Source: Eledone cirrhosa (lineage: Eukaryota). From it: 64,000 nucleotides of DNA. The position numbers and the translations under genes were made by a program. Shown here piece by piece: positions 28,691 to 41,782 of this stretch (position 1 is its first letter; each line of letters opens with the position of its first letter). The stretch spans positions 20,956,001 to 21,020,000 of the forward strand of contig OZ024764.1 of assembly GCA_964016885.1 (NCBI GenBank), in the 5' to 3' direction. A model generated the notes under the pieces. It was not told where the DNA came from and made no database searches. It was given only the letters and a program-made list of their open reading frames with translations.

Positions 28691-28829
28691 TACGGAATTA
28701 AATTATGTAAAGTTTGTAATAAAAAAATGAAGTTGAAAGCAGTAAATGTAATTAAAATAGAGAAAGTAAGGTGTTGGTGATGAGGAATGGACGGTAGACG
28801 TTTCACGTCAGTCTAGGTAGTGTATTTTA

Positions 28830-29280
28830 CCTGTGTCACTCGGACAATAGCCAGCGATGACCACTGCACCAACCACTCTCTCCTTCAGGTGGTGTCCACT
28901 TTCGTGAGTCTGTAGAATAACAGAGCAGTTGGAAGACAGAGGACAGCAGAGGAGGTCTTGACTTGAAAAGAGTATCACTTGATACCTCGATATAACCTCG
29001 ATATAGTAGGGTGCTGAATCACTCGAGTACCCTGACAGAGATCACCGGGTATCTCGGTAAGATCGGGTCATATGGAGGCTAAGTTGCCAGTACAGCTAAG
29101 TACCCTCACAAGAGTCATCGGGTATCCCGGTAAGATCGGGTCATATGGAGGCTAAACCACCAGAACAGCTAAGTACCCTCACAAGAGTCATCGGGTACTT
29201 CGGTAAAGCCAGCCGCCAACAGTGACAACAACTTCGTTGTCAGCAGCCCAGCTTCTCAAACATCACAGACTGGAATAAAT
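28830..29280 (-). mobile_element. CRE-like RLE 3' fragment with 73-bp tandem repeats
   Basis: Minus strand YLFQSVMFEK...LTTKLLSLLAAGFTEVPDDSCEGT*LFWWFSL; unit starts at 29027, 29100 and 29173. Paralogs at 38830-39315 and 63865-64000. Confidence 0.6.
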
Positions 29281-29494
29281 ACTTTGCCGATAATTACTGG
29301 TAGTTTAACTTTTATTTCGTTCTTCTACAGAAGCAGTGACCCTCACTTTTACTGCAGCATGTAGGATGTGGGAGGGAGACAAAAACATCACTAACTGGGG
29401 TCTCACAAATGTGACAGTTAGTTTTGAAAATATATATACAAGATACAAGATAAATGACTAGACTGAAATATATTTGATAGGGAATAAAGAGTAG

Positions 29495-29800
29495 AATATT
29501 CTAGTCTGTGGTGTTGGAGGAGATAGGTCCCTGACAACGAGGTTCTTGTTATCGTTGGTAGCTCTCCTTACCGAGGTGTCAGGTGATACATATGAGGGTG
29601 TTTGGTAGTTCCAACATCTTAGCCTTGCTATCACTCGAGGTAAGACTGTCTCAGAAAGTATTAGAGGGAGACTCCAGCACCCCATGTGATGTGAGACTGA
29701 TTGACAGAGTGTTGACTTAATATTTTCATTTGTTGTGATTCTATGTGAAATATATCTCTATGTAAGTAACTTGGTTACGTGAATCTCGTAAATATTTAAA
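29495..29800 (+). mobile_element. CRE-like RLE 3' fragment (paralog of 5348-5700)
   Basis: Near-identical sequence to 5348-5700. Confidence 0.7.
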
Positions 29801-30237
29801 CAGAAATCTACTTAGGACACAAAATAAAGCAGATTCCATTGTACAAAGTATCTAAAGAATCTATGTCAAAAAGAAGGATGCGATGTAACGAGAGTTGTCT
29901 CCCCTTACATATGTTTTATGTGTTACTGTAGTAGGGGTATAGATGTGTTTGTCTGTCTCTCTCTCGGTATAAACTACCATTTGCACTGCCTCTGTTTTTT
30001 GTTCCTGTCTAATATTTAACTATATATATATATATATCTTGAGGTTGTGAGTTCGCTTCCTGGACCAGGCGATGCGTTATGTCCTTGAACAAGACACTTT
30101 ATTTCACGTTGTTCCTTCTACATGGAATTGCGACCTTTAGTACTAGCAATTGGAAAGACCAATGGAAACATTGCTTCCTCGGTACGATTTGACGAAAGTC
30201 GATCGTTCCTTCATATATATATATATACACACACACA

Positions 30238-32235
30238 CTGTTGTACCTTGACTTAAGATTTAATTTGTTCCGTGGAGGACCTCGTAACTTAAATTACTCG
30301 TATGTCAAATCAATTTTCCCCACTGAAATAAATTAAAATGCCGTTAATCCATTCCAGACCCCCCCAAAACCACAGTTTGTTTTGTTACGTGTTTTTAAAT
30401 AAGAAAAATGTACTTATAAATAACAGATATTGTATATAAAAAAAACAATACAATAGAATGTACTGCAACAAACTAGTTTTATTAAGTATAATGTACAGCA
30501 TCTATCTTGGAGATCAGACGACTTGAGGATGTTGACGGAGGAGAAAGGATGAACTGAATCTTATTCGCTGATTTTTGCTCTTTTCGCCACGCTTTCCTCA
30601 CTTTTATCTGCAGGGATTTTCAATAAAAACCTGTCTAATGAGGTTTGTTTCATCTCACTTGTTAAGATAACCTCCTCTGTGTCACCTATTTCCTGCAAAA
30701 CCTCCGTGTGTTGCTGTGTCTGTAGCTCCTTTAATTCCTTCGTTGTCAGTTCCTCGGAGTGCTCCTTGATGAGCTCGTTGATGTCACCTTCATCCATGTC
30801 CAGGCCCATGGACTTACCGAGGGGTACAATCTCCTCCACCACTGCCGCTTCGGGTTCGAGTCTTTCAAAGTCTGTTTTAGACACAACTTCAGGCCACAGC
30901 TTCTTCCAGGTAGAGGTCAAGGTTCTCTTTGTAAGACCCTGGCAGGTCATATCGATAATTCTGAGGCATATCACGATGTTATAATGATCCTTCCAGACCT
31001 CTCAAGGGTGAAGTTTGTGCTCTCCGTCACTTCAAAGCAGCGACTGAACAGGTGCTTGGTGAAGAGCTTCTTGAAATTAGAAAGTACCTGCTGGTCCTTG
31101 GGCTGTAGGATAGGGGTGGTGTTTGGTGGAAGGTAGAGGACCTTTATAAACTTGAACTCTTCGAGGGTGGGTTGGTGAGCAGGTGCATTATGTAGGATAA
31201 GAAGGGTTTACAGGGGTAGGTTATTTTACTGGAGATATTTTTTAACGTCAGGACCAAAGACCAAATTCACCCACTCCACAAAAAACTACCTGGTGACCCA
31301 TGACGTCGGGTTTGCCCTCCACATAACCTGCAGTTTTTCTTTCAGAATCTTATGTGACTTAAAGTTTTCCGAATGATAAACGAGCAGCGGCTTAATCTTA
31401 CAGGCGCCTCTCAGTGGCACACAGTGCAGGGGTTAGCCTATCCTTCATGGGTTTGTGGCCAGGCATCCTCTTCTCCTCTGCCATTATATAAGTCCTCCTT
31501 AGCATCTTCTTCCAAAAAAGTCCTGTTTCATCACAGTTAAAGACTTGGACAAAGGTTTTGAGGTAATCCTCAGCTGCCTCACCATGCCTGACAACGGAGT
31601 GAATGCTGGTCCTCTTTTTAAAATTCTCAAACCAACCCCGACTGGCATTAAAGGGCTTGCCGATGGCTCGTCCGTAGAAGTACCTGGGGTCTGCTGCAGC
31701 AAATTAGCGTAAATAGCTCGTGCCTTCTCACATATTATAATCTTCATCACAGTATCTCTTGCGAGCTGCTTCTCCGTCAACCACACCATCAGCAGCTTTT
31801 CCATATTTTCATGGATAGATGTCCGCTATTTAGAAATTATTTTACCACCCTTAGCTGGGGTTATAGCCTTTATCAAGTCCTTCTACTTCAGTATGGTACA
31901 TATCATAGAAGTTCTACGCTCGTACTGCTCCACCAAGTCCACTACACACACCTTGGTCATGTTTTTCTATAATTTCTTTCTTTAATTCAATACACATCAT
32001 CTGCTTCTTCTTCTCAGAACTGTCCTTCGCCCTCACTTTCTTCGAAGCCATGGGATGCTGGGCGGGTGTTACGGTATTGCCTGTGGCGGTCACTATGCCA
32101 ACTAGTGGCGGGGCATCTGAAGCTGACTCGTAACCCGAATTTTACTCTGGAACTCAACGCAAAAAATCAGCCGAGAGAGGGCTCGAATCTCAAAAAACTT
32201 ATTAGTTGGGACACTCGTAGGTCAAGGTACCACTG
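30238..32235 (-). mobile_element. Tigger/pogo transposon, duplicate of 473-2514
   Basis: Same TIRs, same broken ORFs (30561-30974, 31499-31804) and same left flank, so it was copied by segmental duplication rather than transposition. Confidence 0.85.
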
Positions 32236-32324
32236 AATATATATATATATTTGTGTTTGTGTGTGTGTATATGTATATTCTGATTACTGAAGCTGGTGCA
32301 TTAGATTTCACTGCCAACACTGTA

Positions 32325-33100
32325 AAAGTACCCATTCCACATTGTAAAGTGGTCATGTAGGTGTCACAACAAAAATACCGAGTCCACACTGCAAAGTGGT
32401 CATGTAGGTGTCACAACAAAAATTACCCAATCCACACTGTAAAGTGGTCACATAGGTGTCATGGTAAAAAGTACCCAGTCCACCCGGTAAAGTGGTCATG
32501 TAGGTGTCACGACAAAAAGTACCCAATTGACACTGTAAAGTGTTCATGTAGGTGTCACAACAAAAAGTACCCAGTACTCACTGTAAAGTGGTCATGTAGG
32601 TATCATGGCAAAAAGTACCCTGTCCACACTGTAAAGTGGTCATGTAGGTGTCACGATAAAAAGTACCCAGTACTCACTGTAAAGTGGTCATGTAGGTGTC
32701 ACAACAAAAAGTACCCAGTACTCACTGTAAAGTGGTCATGTAGGTGTCACGATAAAAAGTACCCAGTACTCACTGTAAAGTGGTCATGTAGGTGTCACGA
32801 CAAAAAGTACCCAGTTCACCCTGTAAAGTGGTCATGTAGGTGTCACGATAAAAAGTACCCAGTACTCACTGTAAAGTGGTCATGTAGGTGCCATGACAAA
32901 AAGTAAAAAAGTACCCAGCCCACACTGTGAAGTGGTCGAGTTGGTGAGATAGTAAAAAGCACCCAGTACTCAATGTAAATAAGGTTGGTGCTAGGAAGGG
33001 CATCCAGCTGTAGAAACCAAACCAAAATTGGTTTTGTAGGAGCAACACGTGGTCACCTGATGCCAGCGTGGAGAAACTGATGTAAAACAGTGATGATGAT
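32325..33100 (+). repeat. 48-bp minisatellite (about 12 units) inside an RTE-type 3' end
   Basis: Same unit and terminus as 9520-10521. Confidence 0.9.
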
Positions 33101-33380
33101 ATAACATTTGTTTAATAATGAATTCCAACCTCCTTGTTAACAGCTATAGATGTCAGGATGTGAACCTTCTTACTGAAATATCTTCTCTCACAACCACTAT
33201 CTCTTTCTCTCCCTATATTTATGAAGGTACCCAGAAAACCCCGTATCTTGGGAACCTGTGCTCCAATTTATACAAAACTTGTTTTATTCCTTTCAAAGTA
33301 TTTCCCCATTATGCACTGTTTTAGCTGTATTAAATTACAGACAAGACACAATCACAGAGTTTTAGTAGTATATAGATAAT

Positions 33381-33553
33381 TGTTTCTACTTTAGGCACAA
33401 GGCCAGCAATTACCCAGTGCATTACTGGTACTTTATCTTATCGACCCCGTAAGGATGAAAGGCAAAGTCAACCTCGGCGGGATTTGAACTCAGATTGTAA
33501 AGGGACGTAACTATGCTGGAAAGCATGGCATCCGACCCTCTACTGATACTGCC
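33381..33553 (-). mobile_element. tRNA-derived SINE insertion
   Basis: TSD AGATAAT at 33374-33380 and 33554-33560; B-box GAGTTCAAATCC. Empty sites are visible in the paralogs near 11320 and 55860. Confidence 0.85.
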
Positions 33554-34344
33554 AGATAATATAGTTTCAAATTAAAGTTAGTAAACGACAGTTTGGAGAA
33601 ATCTGTAACATTTATTAAACATTCCTCAAGTTTGTCAATTCTATAGCACAATAGTTTGTTAATTAAAGTGTTTAGTTAGATGTTCTACATATAAAGAAGA
33701 GAGAATACTTTACCACAAATATTACAGTGGTATAATGATTTTCCTATCTCTTCTGGAAAATATTCCTATGTTGATGTAAATATTTCTATTGTTCATAATT
33801 TTATCAAATGTCATCTTTGTCAATATCCAAATATTTTGAAAACTCCTTTGTAAATATCCAAAGTTTAATCAGAACGTAAAATCATCTTGTAAATATTCCA
33901 CAGTGTAAAAGGAAAATGTTGTTATTTATCTCAATTCAGAAGAAATATTTCACCATAATTCACCACAGACTAAACAAGTTTATATCACTTGAATGTAACA
34001 TCTTTCTGTTGTCTTTAAAAGACTCTTTTCTGTCAAGGTCATGTGATATTCTGAAATAGTAGAGAAACATTATTAAGATATTTAGAAAATAGAGATACAA
34101 CAGTGAAAACTTTACTACATCTCTATATTAATAGATATAAACCTTGCATGGTGACACAAACACTGCAACACTAACTTACAGGAAAACATCTAGTTACTTG
34201 ATCTAGTTACTTCAATCAGGTGAAGAGATAAACTAGATTGACTTCATTCTCATCAGAAAACAGGATAGACAGATGGTTGGGAATATTAACTCCTTTACTG
34301 GAGAAGGATGTACCACTCAACATAGACTAGATACTAGGTGTAAT

Positions 34345-34912
34345 ATCTAGAGGGACTGACAGATACAAGACTATCTGGAGATAGAAGGGTTGGAGAGTAA
34401 AAGATCTCCCTGTTAAATATAAGATCTACAGGGACTATGAGAGAGGTACAAGACAACCTAGAGAAAGAGGTAGGGACAGTAAAACATCTCCCTGTTAAAT
34501 ATAAGATCTAGAGGGACTGTGAGAGAGGTACAAGACAACTTAGAGAAAAGGGTAGGGATATTAAAAGATCTCCCTGTTAAATATAAGATCTAGAGGGACT
34601 GTGAGAGAGGTACAAGACAACCTAGAGAAAAGGGTAGGGACAGTAAAAGATCTCCCTGTTAACTATAAGATCTAGAGGGACTGTGAGAGGCTCAAGACAA
34701 CCTAGAGAAAAGGGTAGGGACAGTAAAAGATATCCCTGTTAAATATAAGATCTAGAGGGACTGTGAGACTGGTACAAGACAACCTAGAGAAAAGGGTAGA
34801 GATAGTAATAGATCTCCCTGTTAAATATAAGATCTAGAGGGACTGTGAGAGAGGTACAAGACAACCTAGAGAAAAGGGTAGGGACAGTAAAAGATCTCCC
34901 TGTTAAATATAA
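34345..34912. repeat. 82-bp minisatellite, about 7 units
   Basis: Unit starts at 34421, 34503, 34585 and onward. Confidence 0.93.
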
Positions 34913-35535
34913 ATTCAGAGATGTTCTACATGATACATATGATAAGGAGGAGGAGATTGATAGCTATGACATAGAAGATATCTGGAAGTTTCTTTCAGAC
35001 AGCCTGTTGTGAACCACTGATGAGATCTGTAGTTGATGTAAGCTGCCAGCCAGATGAATGTTGCCTTGGTGATGGAATAGTACAGTAGATAGAAGTTGAA
35101 ATCTAAAAGACCTGTTAAAATTGTTAAAATCTGTTTAATCTTTGATATTTGAGACAATGTACAGGACAATAGAATTAATATCAATGTCAGACTAGCAACA
35201 ACAAAAGTTTTCATTTTATTGGCAGGTTTAAATTACAGAAGTTCCCAACCTTTACTGAAAATACAAATATATATCTTACCTGTTAAAGTATAATAAATCA
35301 AAGTTTAATGTGAAAAACTTTAATTTACACAAAATCTTCAAACACTGCTTCAAAAATGGAAACCTGGTGTTTATGATCCCTGTCATAGGTAAAACCTACA
35401 AGGTTAACCCCAGTTTTAGCAAGGATGATGGATCTACACAATTGTTGTTGTTGTTGTAGTATGATGTAATCTGTTTGATATTGATACAGCTAAACTTCTG
35501 TATGAATACACACATGCTTGGTTAAGGTACTACTG

Positions 35536-36905
35536 TCAGAGTACTCCTGTATGAGTACGTTTGTGGGTAGTTAAGTTACTACGGTGACTGAATGATTTAC
35601 CACAGATGTCACAGGGATATGGCTTCTCTCCTGTATGAGTACGTTTGTGGGTAGCTAAGGTATTACTATGAGAGAATGATTTACCACAGATGTCACAGTG
35701 ATATGGCTTCTCTCCTGTATGTGTACGTTTGTGGGTAGCTAAGCTAGTTCTGTCAGCGAATGATTTACCACAGATGTCACAATGATATGGCTTCTCTCCT
35801 GTATGAATACGATGGTGTTTAACAAAGCTACTTCTGTCAGAGAATGATTTACTACAGATGTCACAGTGATATGGTTTCTCTCCTGTATGAATACGATGGT
35901 GTTTAACAAAGCTACTTCTGTCAGAGAATGATTTATCGCAGATGTCACAGTGATATGGCTTCTCTCCTGTATGAATTTGTTTGTGAACTTTGACGCTACT
36001 ACTCTGACTGAATGATTTGTTACATATATCACACTTATAAGGCTTCTCACCTGTATGAATACGTTTGTGAGTAGTTAGGTTATGACTATGAGAGAATGAT
36101 TTACCACAGATGTCACAATGATATGGTTTCTCTCCTGTATGAATACGTTTGTGAGTAGTTAGGTGATGACTCTGAGAGAATGATTTACCACAGATGTCAC
36201 AGTGATATGGTTTCTCTCCTGTATGAATATGTTTGTGATTAGTTAAGCTATATCTGCAAGAGAATGATTTACTACAGATGTCACAGTGATGTGTCTTCTC
36301 TCCTGTATGAATTTGTTTGTGAACTCTGACGCTACTACTGTGACTGAATGATTTGTCACAGATATCACACTGATATGGTTTCTCTCCTGTATGAATACGT
36401 TGGTGTTTAAGGAAGCTACTACTGCCAGAGAATGATTTACTACATATACCACAGTGATATGGCTTCTCTTCTGTATGAATACGTCTGTGATTAGTTAGGT
36501 GATTACTACGAGAGAATGATTTACCACAGATATCACACTGATATGGCTTCTCTTCTGTATGTATACATGGTGTTTAACAAAGCTACTTCTGTAAGAGAAA
36601 GATTTACTACATATATCACAGTGATATGGTTTCTCTCCTGTATGAATACGTTGGTGTTTAAGAAAGCTACTTCTGTAAGAGAATGATTTACTACATATAC
36701 CACAGTGATATGGTTTCTCTCCTGTACCAATACACTTATGAATAGTTAAGGTATAAGTTTGAGAAAATGACTTATCACAGATATCACAGTGATATAGTTT
36801 CTCTCCTGTATGAATACGTTTATGTCTAGTTAATTTAGTATTTTTAGAGAATGATTTACCACAGATATCACAGTGGAATGGTGATTTTACTATATTTTTC
36901 GACAT
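35536..36905 (-). pseudogene. ZF3: C2H2 array, 16 fingers, 1-bp deletion in finger 4
   Basis: Linker spacing is 84 bp except 83 bp between 36552 and 36635. It ends HTGVL* like ZF2. The leader is cut at about 37125, so the acceptor is lost. Confidence 0.88.
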
Positions 36906-37307
36906 ATCTCATAAAAGATATCAATCACCTCAGTTTCTCACATAATTCACAGTTTTAATATTTTTCTCCTCGCAATATATGGATATTTTTCTTATTTATG
37001 TTTATAATATTATTCCTAAAACATATTCTTCCAGATATATTTCCATCAACTTTGGTCTTTCTTTATATTTAAAGATGATACAAACTGTTTTGTAGATCTC
37101 TTCAAGTTTAATATACATATAAAATCTGGCGAATAAAACGTCTATTGCAAGTATCTAAGGGGTTCAGAGAAAATATTGAAAAGGGGTCTAGAAAAAAATC
37201 TAAGAAAAATAATTATTTCCCACCCAACGTGAGGTGTGAGTAGATCTGTGAAACTACATCTCTTCGTATACTTTCACCCTACTTTTTCTACAAATCTAGT
37301 CGTTTCC

Positions 37308-37700
37308 GTGAGGGTACCTGATTATTTCAGCACCTTAGCCTCACCTTACTGAGGTGTCAGGTGATACCCGTGAGGGTACCTGGTTATTTAAGCACCTTAG
37401 CCTCACCTTACTGAGGTGCCAGGTGATACCCGTGAGGGTACCTGGTTATTTAAGCACCTTAGCGTCACCTTACATAGGTGTTAGGTGATACCCGTGAGGG
37501 TACCTGGTTATTTCAGCACCTTAGCCTCACCTTACTGAGGTGTTAGGTGACACCCGTGTGGATACCTGGTTATTTCAGCACCTTAGCCTCACCTTACTGA
37601 GGTGTTAGGTGATACCCGTGTGGGTACCTGGTTATTTAATCACCTTAGCCTCACCATCACCCGTGGTATTGCTGCTAGTGTGTTGGCTTGCCTCAAAGTG
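37308..37700 (+). repeat. 62-bp tandem repeat (6 units) in a CRE-like 3' fragment
   Basis: Unit GTGAGGGTACCTGGTTATTTCAGCACCTTAGCCTCACCTTACTGAGGTGTCAGGTGATACCC at 37308, 37370, 37432, 37494, 37556 and 37618. Confidence 0.92.
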
Positions 37701-37773
37701 TGTAGTTAACCCTAAGGTGTGAGGTAAAATATAGATAATTAGCATAACATTTTATATTTCCAGTAATGAAACA

Positions 37774-38473
37774 CCATATCAATTGCTTCAATGCAGTTTG
37801 TCATCTCGCCAAACTTGTTGGCACCAACTCTCTGTCGCCAAAGACTGCAATATAAGATTGAAATAAAGCAGCTCTGGTACCATGTTGGCTCTCGTCGATC
37901 TCGACAATGATGGACTCACCATTGTCATCGAAGCCTCCAAGTTGTTGGCGATTTTCCTCCAAATATTGCTGGCAAATTTCTCGAATAAAATTGCACCAGT
38001 CAATAATTGTCGGTTGGGAGACTCCCGTTTCTCGAATCATCTCAGCTTGTGTATAATCGTAGCACCACATGTATAAAATAAAAATAAGGTGATCGAGTGG
38101 CACATGGCTTCCTTGAAAAAAACAATTATGTCGCACTGCTTGGGAGACATTGTCGGGGTTACATCGCCATCTCCATTTCTTGTGAGTCTCAGAATAATGG
38201 TTTAATGTGCAGGTTTCATTACAAACAGGACAATTGACACTGTCACTGCCGTCTTACCAGCCACTGTAACATAGATTGTCACCGTGTATGACAGGTATAA
38301 GAGTAACTAGTGTAATATTCTCATTAGCGATGTCATTTACATCCAAAACATCAACTTACGTAGTGCCAGCCCGTAGTCGTCCAACCAGTTTTTGTATTCA
38401 GATAAACAATAGTTTTTAATGAATCGAAAATGTAAATAAATTTCATTTCTGACATGAGACTTAAGGTTGAGCC
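37774..38473 (-). mobile_element. Merlin (IS1595/ISXO2-like) DNA transposon remnant
   Basis: CPVC...WRWRC, then FFQGSHVPL...TIIDWCNFIREIC...LGGFDDNGESIIVEIDES. Absent from the paralogous sites near 28470 and 63553; one end begins GGCTCAACC. Confidence 0.75.
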
Positions 38474-38535
38474 AAGAAAATATATATTTGTGATGTGAAA
38501 AGTGAGCTTAAATCTACAATATTAATAGACATAAT

Positions 38536-38670
38536 ACTTACATTATAGTTTCAGGTGTTTAGTATTTACAGAAATGTTGTCTAAATGATGTTGTAGGAAG
38601 ACTAACACGTGGACAGGAAGTCAACAACTGCACCACTGCGCATGCTTCAAGGATTTTTGTAACGTAAAAA
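38536..38670 (-). promoter_or_regulatory. Putative promoter/exon 1/donor copy upstream of ZF3
   Basis: CACGTG at 38606, CAGGAAGT, TGCGCATGC at 38637; donor at 38536-38541. Confidence 0.5.
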
Positions 38671-39784
38671 TATTTTTACCGAATTAAATTATGTAAAGTT
38701 TGTAATAAAAAAATAAAGTTAAAAACTGTAAATGTAATTAAAATACAGAAAGTAAGGTGTTGGTGGTGAGGAATGGACGGTAGACGTTTCACCTCAGTCT
38801 AGGTAGTGTATTTTACCTGTGTCACTTGAACAATAGCCAGCGATGACCACTACACCAACCACTCTCTCCTTCAGGTGGTGTCCACTTTCGTGAGTCTGTA
38901 GAATAACAGGGCAGTTGGAAGACAGAGGACAGCAGAGGAGGTCTTGACTTGAAAAGAGTATCACAGGCTAAGCTACCAGAACAGCTAAGTACCATCACAA
39001 GAGTCATCGGGTATCTCGGTATGATCTGGTTATAAGGAAGCTAAGCTACCAGAACAGCTAAGTACACTGACAGAGATCACCGGGTATCTCGGTAAAATCA
39101 TGTCATGTGGAGGCTTAACCGCCAGAACAGCTAAGTACACTGAATGAGATCACCGGGTATCTCAGTAAAATCTTGTCATATCGAGGCTAAACCACCCAAA
39201 CAGCTAAGTACCCTCACAAGAGTCATCGGGTACTTCAGTAAAGCCAGCTGCCAACAGTGACCACAACTTCGTTGTCAGCAGCCCAGCTTCTCAAACATCA
39301 CAGACTGGAATAAATACTTTGCCGATAATTACTGGTAGTTTAACTTTTATTTCGTTCGTCTACAGAAGCAGTGACCCTCACTTTTACTACAGCATGTAGG
39401 ATGTGGGAGGGAGACAAAAACATCAGTAACTGGGGTCTCACAAATGTGACAGATAGTTTTAAAAATACATATACAAGATACAAGACAAATAACTAGACTG
39501 AAATATATTTGATAGGGAATAAAGAGTAGAATATTCTAGTCTGTGGTGTTGGAGAAGTTTGGAGGAGATAGGTCCCTGACAACGAGGTTCTTGTTATCAT
39601 TGGCAGCTCTCCTTACCGAGGTGTCAGGTGATACATATGAGGGTGTTTGGTAGTTCCAACATCTTAGCCTTGCTATCACTCGAGGTAAGACTGTCTCAGA
39701 AAGTATACATCCATATATTGCGAGGAGAAAAATATTAAAACTGTGAATTATGTGAGAAACTGAGGTGATTGATATCTTTTATGA

Positions 39785-40798
<1,014 letters not shown>

Positions 40799-41657
40799 TA
40801 AATATATTTAAAGATGATACAAACTGTTTTGTAGATCTCTTCAAGTTTAATATACATATAAAATTATTTTGTACATATTCCTGACAGTGAAGAATCTAAT
40901 TTTTCTGGTCTTCATTTGATTAGTTATTCCTGTAATAATGGAAATATTTCTACTCCTGTAGTTCCATCAACTATCATCTTTGTCAATATATGAAGATCTT
41001 ACAAAATCATGTGTAATTGAGTTTACAAGAAATATTTCCCAGTATTTCTCCCATAGATTTATATAAACAAGGTTGTATCTGTTCTGTATAACAGCTTCCT
41101 TTAGTCTTTAAATAATGGTGTTGATGAAACAACTGATATAAAAGTGTTTTATCTTTTTCATATCAGTCTTTATATTTATCTAAAAACTTTCCATTGTAAC
41201 TTCATGAAATTGTGCAAAGTTATGTTCCAAATAGCAGCTTAATACTGAGAAATTTAGTTATATTACTAAATCCCTTCAAAGAGTTGAGTGTTTTCAAAAT
41301 TATTTGAAAATGATGGGTAGTGTCTTTCATTAGAAATGGTTAATGTTGAGGATATGTCTGATGTAACGTGCTCTTTAATGCCAATGTCCTCTGGTATTCT
41401 GAAATAATAAAAGAACATTATAAGATACTCAGAAACTTGTAATAACTGTATTACCCTATCATGATACTATAACATTATAAACCTAAAATTCTGTGATTGT
41501 GTCTTGTCTGTAATGCAATACAGCCAAAACGGGGCATAATGGGGAAATAGTTTGAAAGGAAGTTGACACTGAAATGGGAATACAGATGGGATAAAATAAG
41601 TTTCATGTAAATCAGAGCACAGGTTCCCGAGATATGGGGTTTTTCAGGTACCTTCAT

Positions 41658-41695
<38 letters not shown>

Positions 41696-41782
41696 TAAGA
41701 AAGCTGGTGGTGTTGTTGAACGAAAAATGTTAAAATTATAACAAGAGACTTGTGTGTGTGCGTCTGTGAGAGACACTCCCAT

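Noticed and set aside
32361-32906. Cys/His-rich repeat ORF (KKYPVLTVKWSCRCHD)n
   Set aside because: Translation of the 48-bp minisatellite; the frame is not kept in paralogous arrays.
37308-37700. CRISPR-like regular repeats (also the 39-, 48- and 82-bp arrays)
   Set aside because: Head-to-tail units with no unique spacers, no cas genes and a eukaryotic context.
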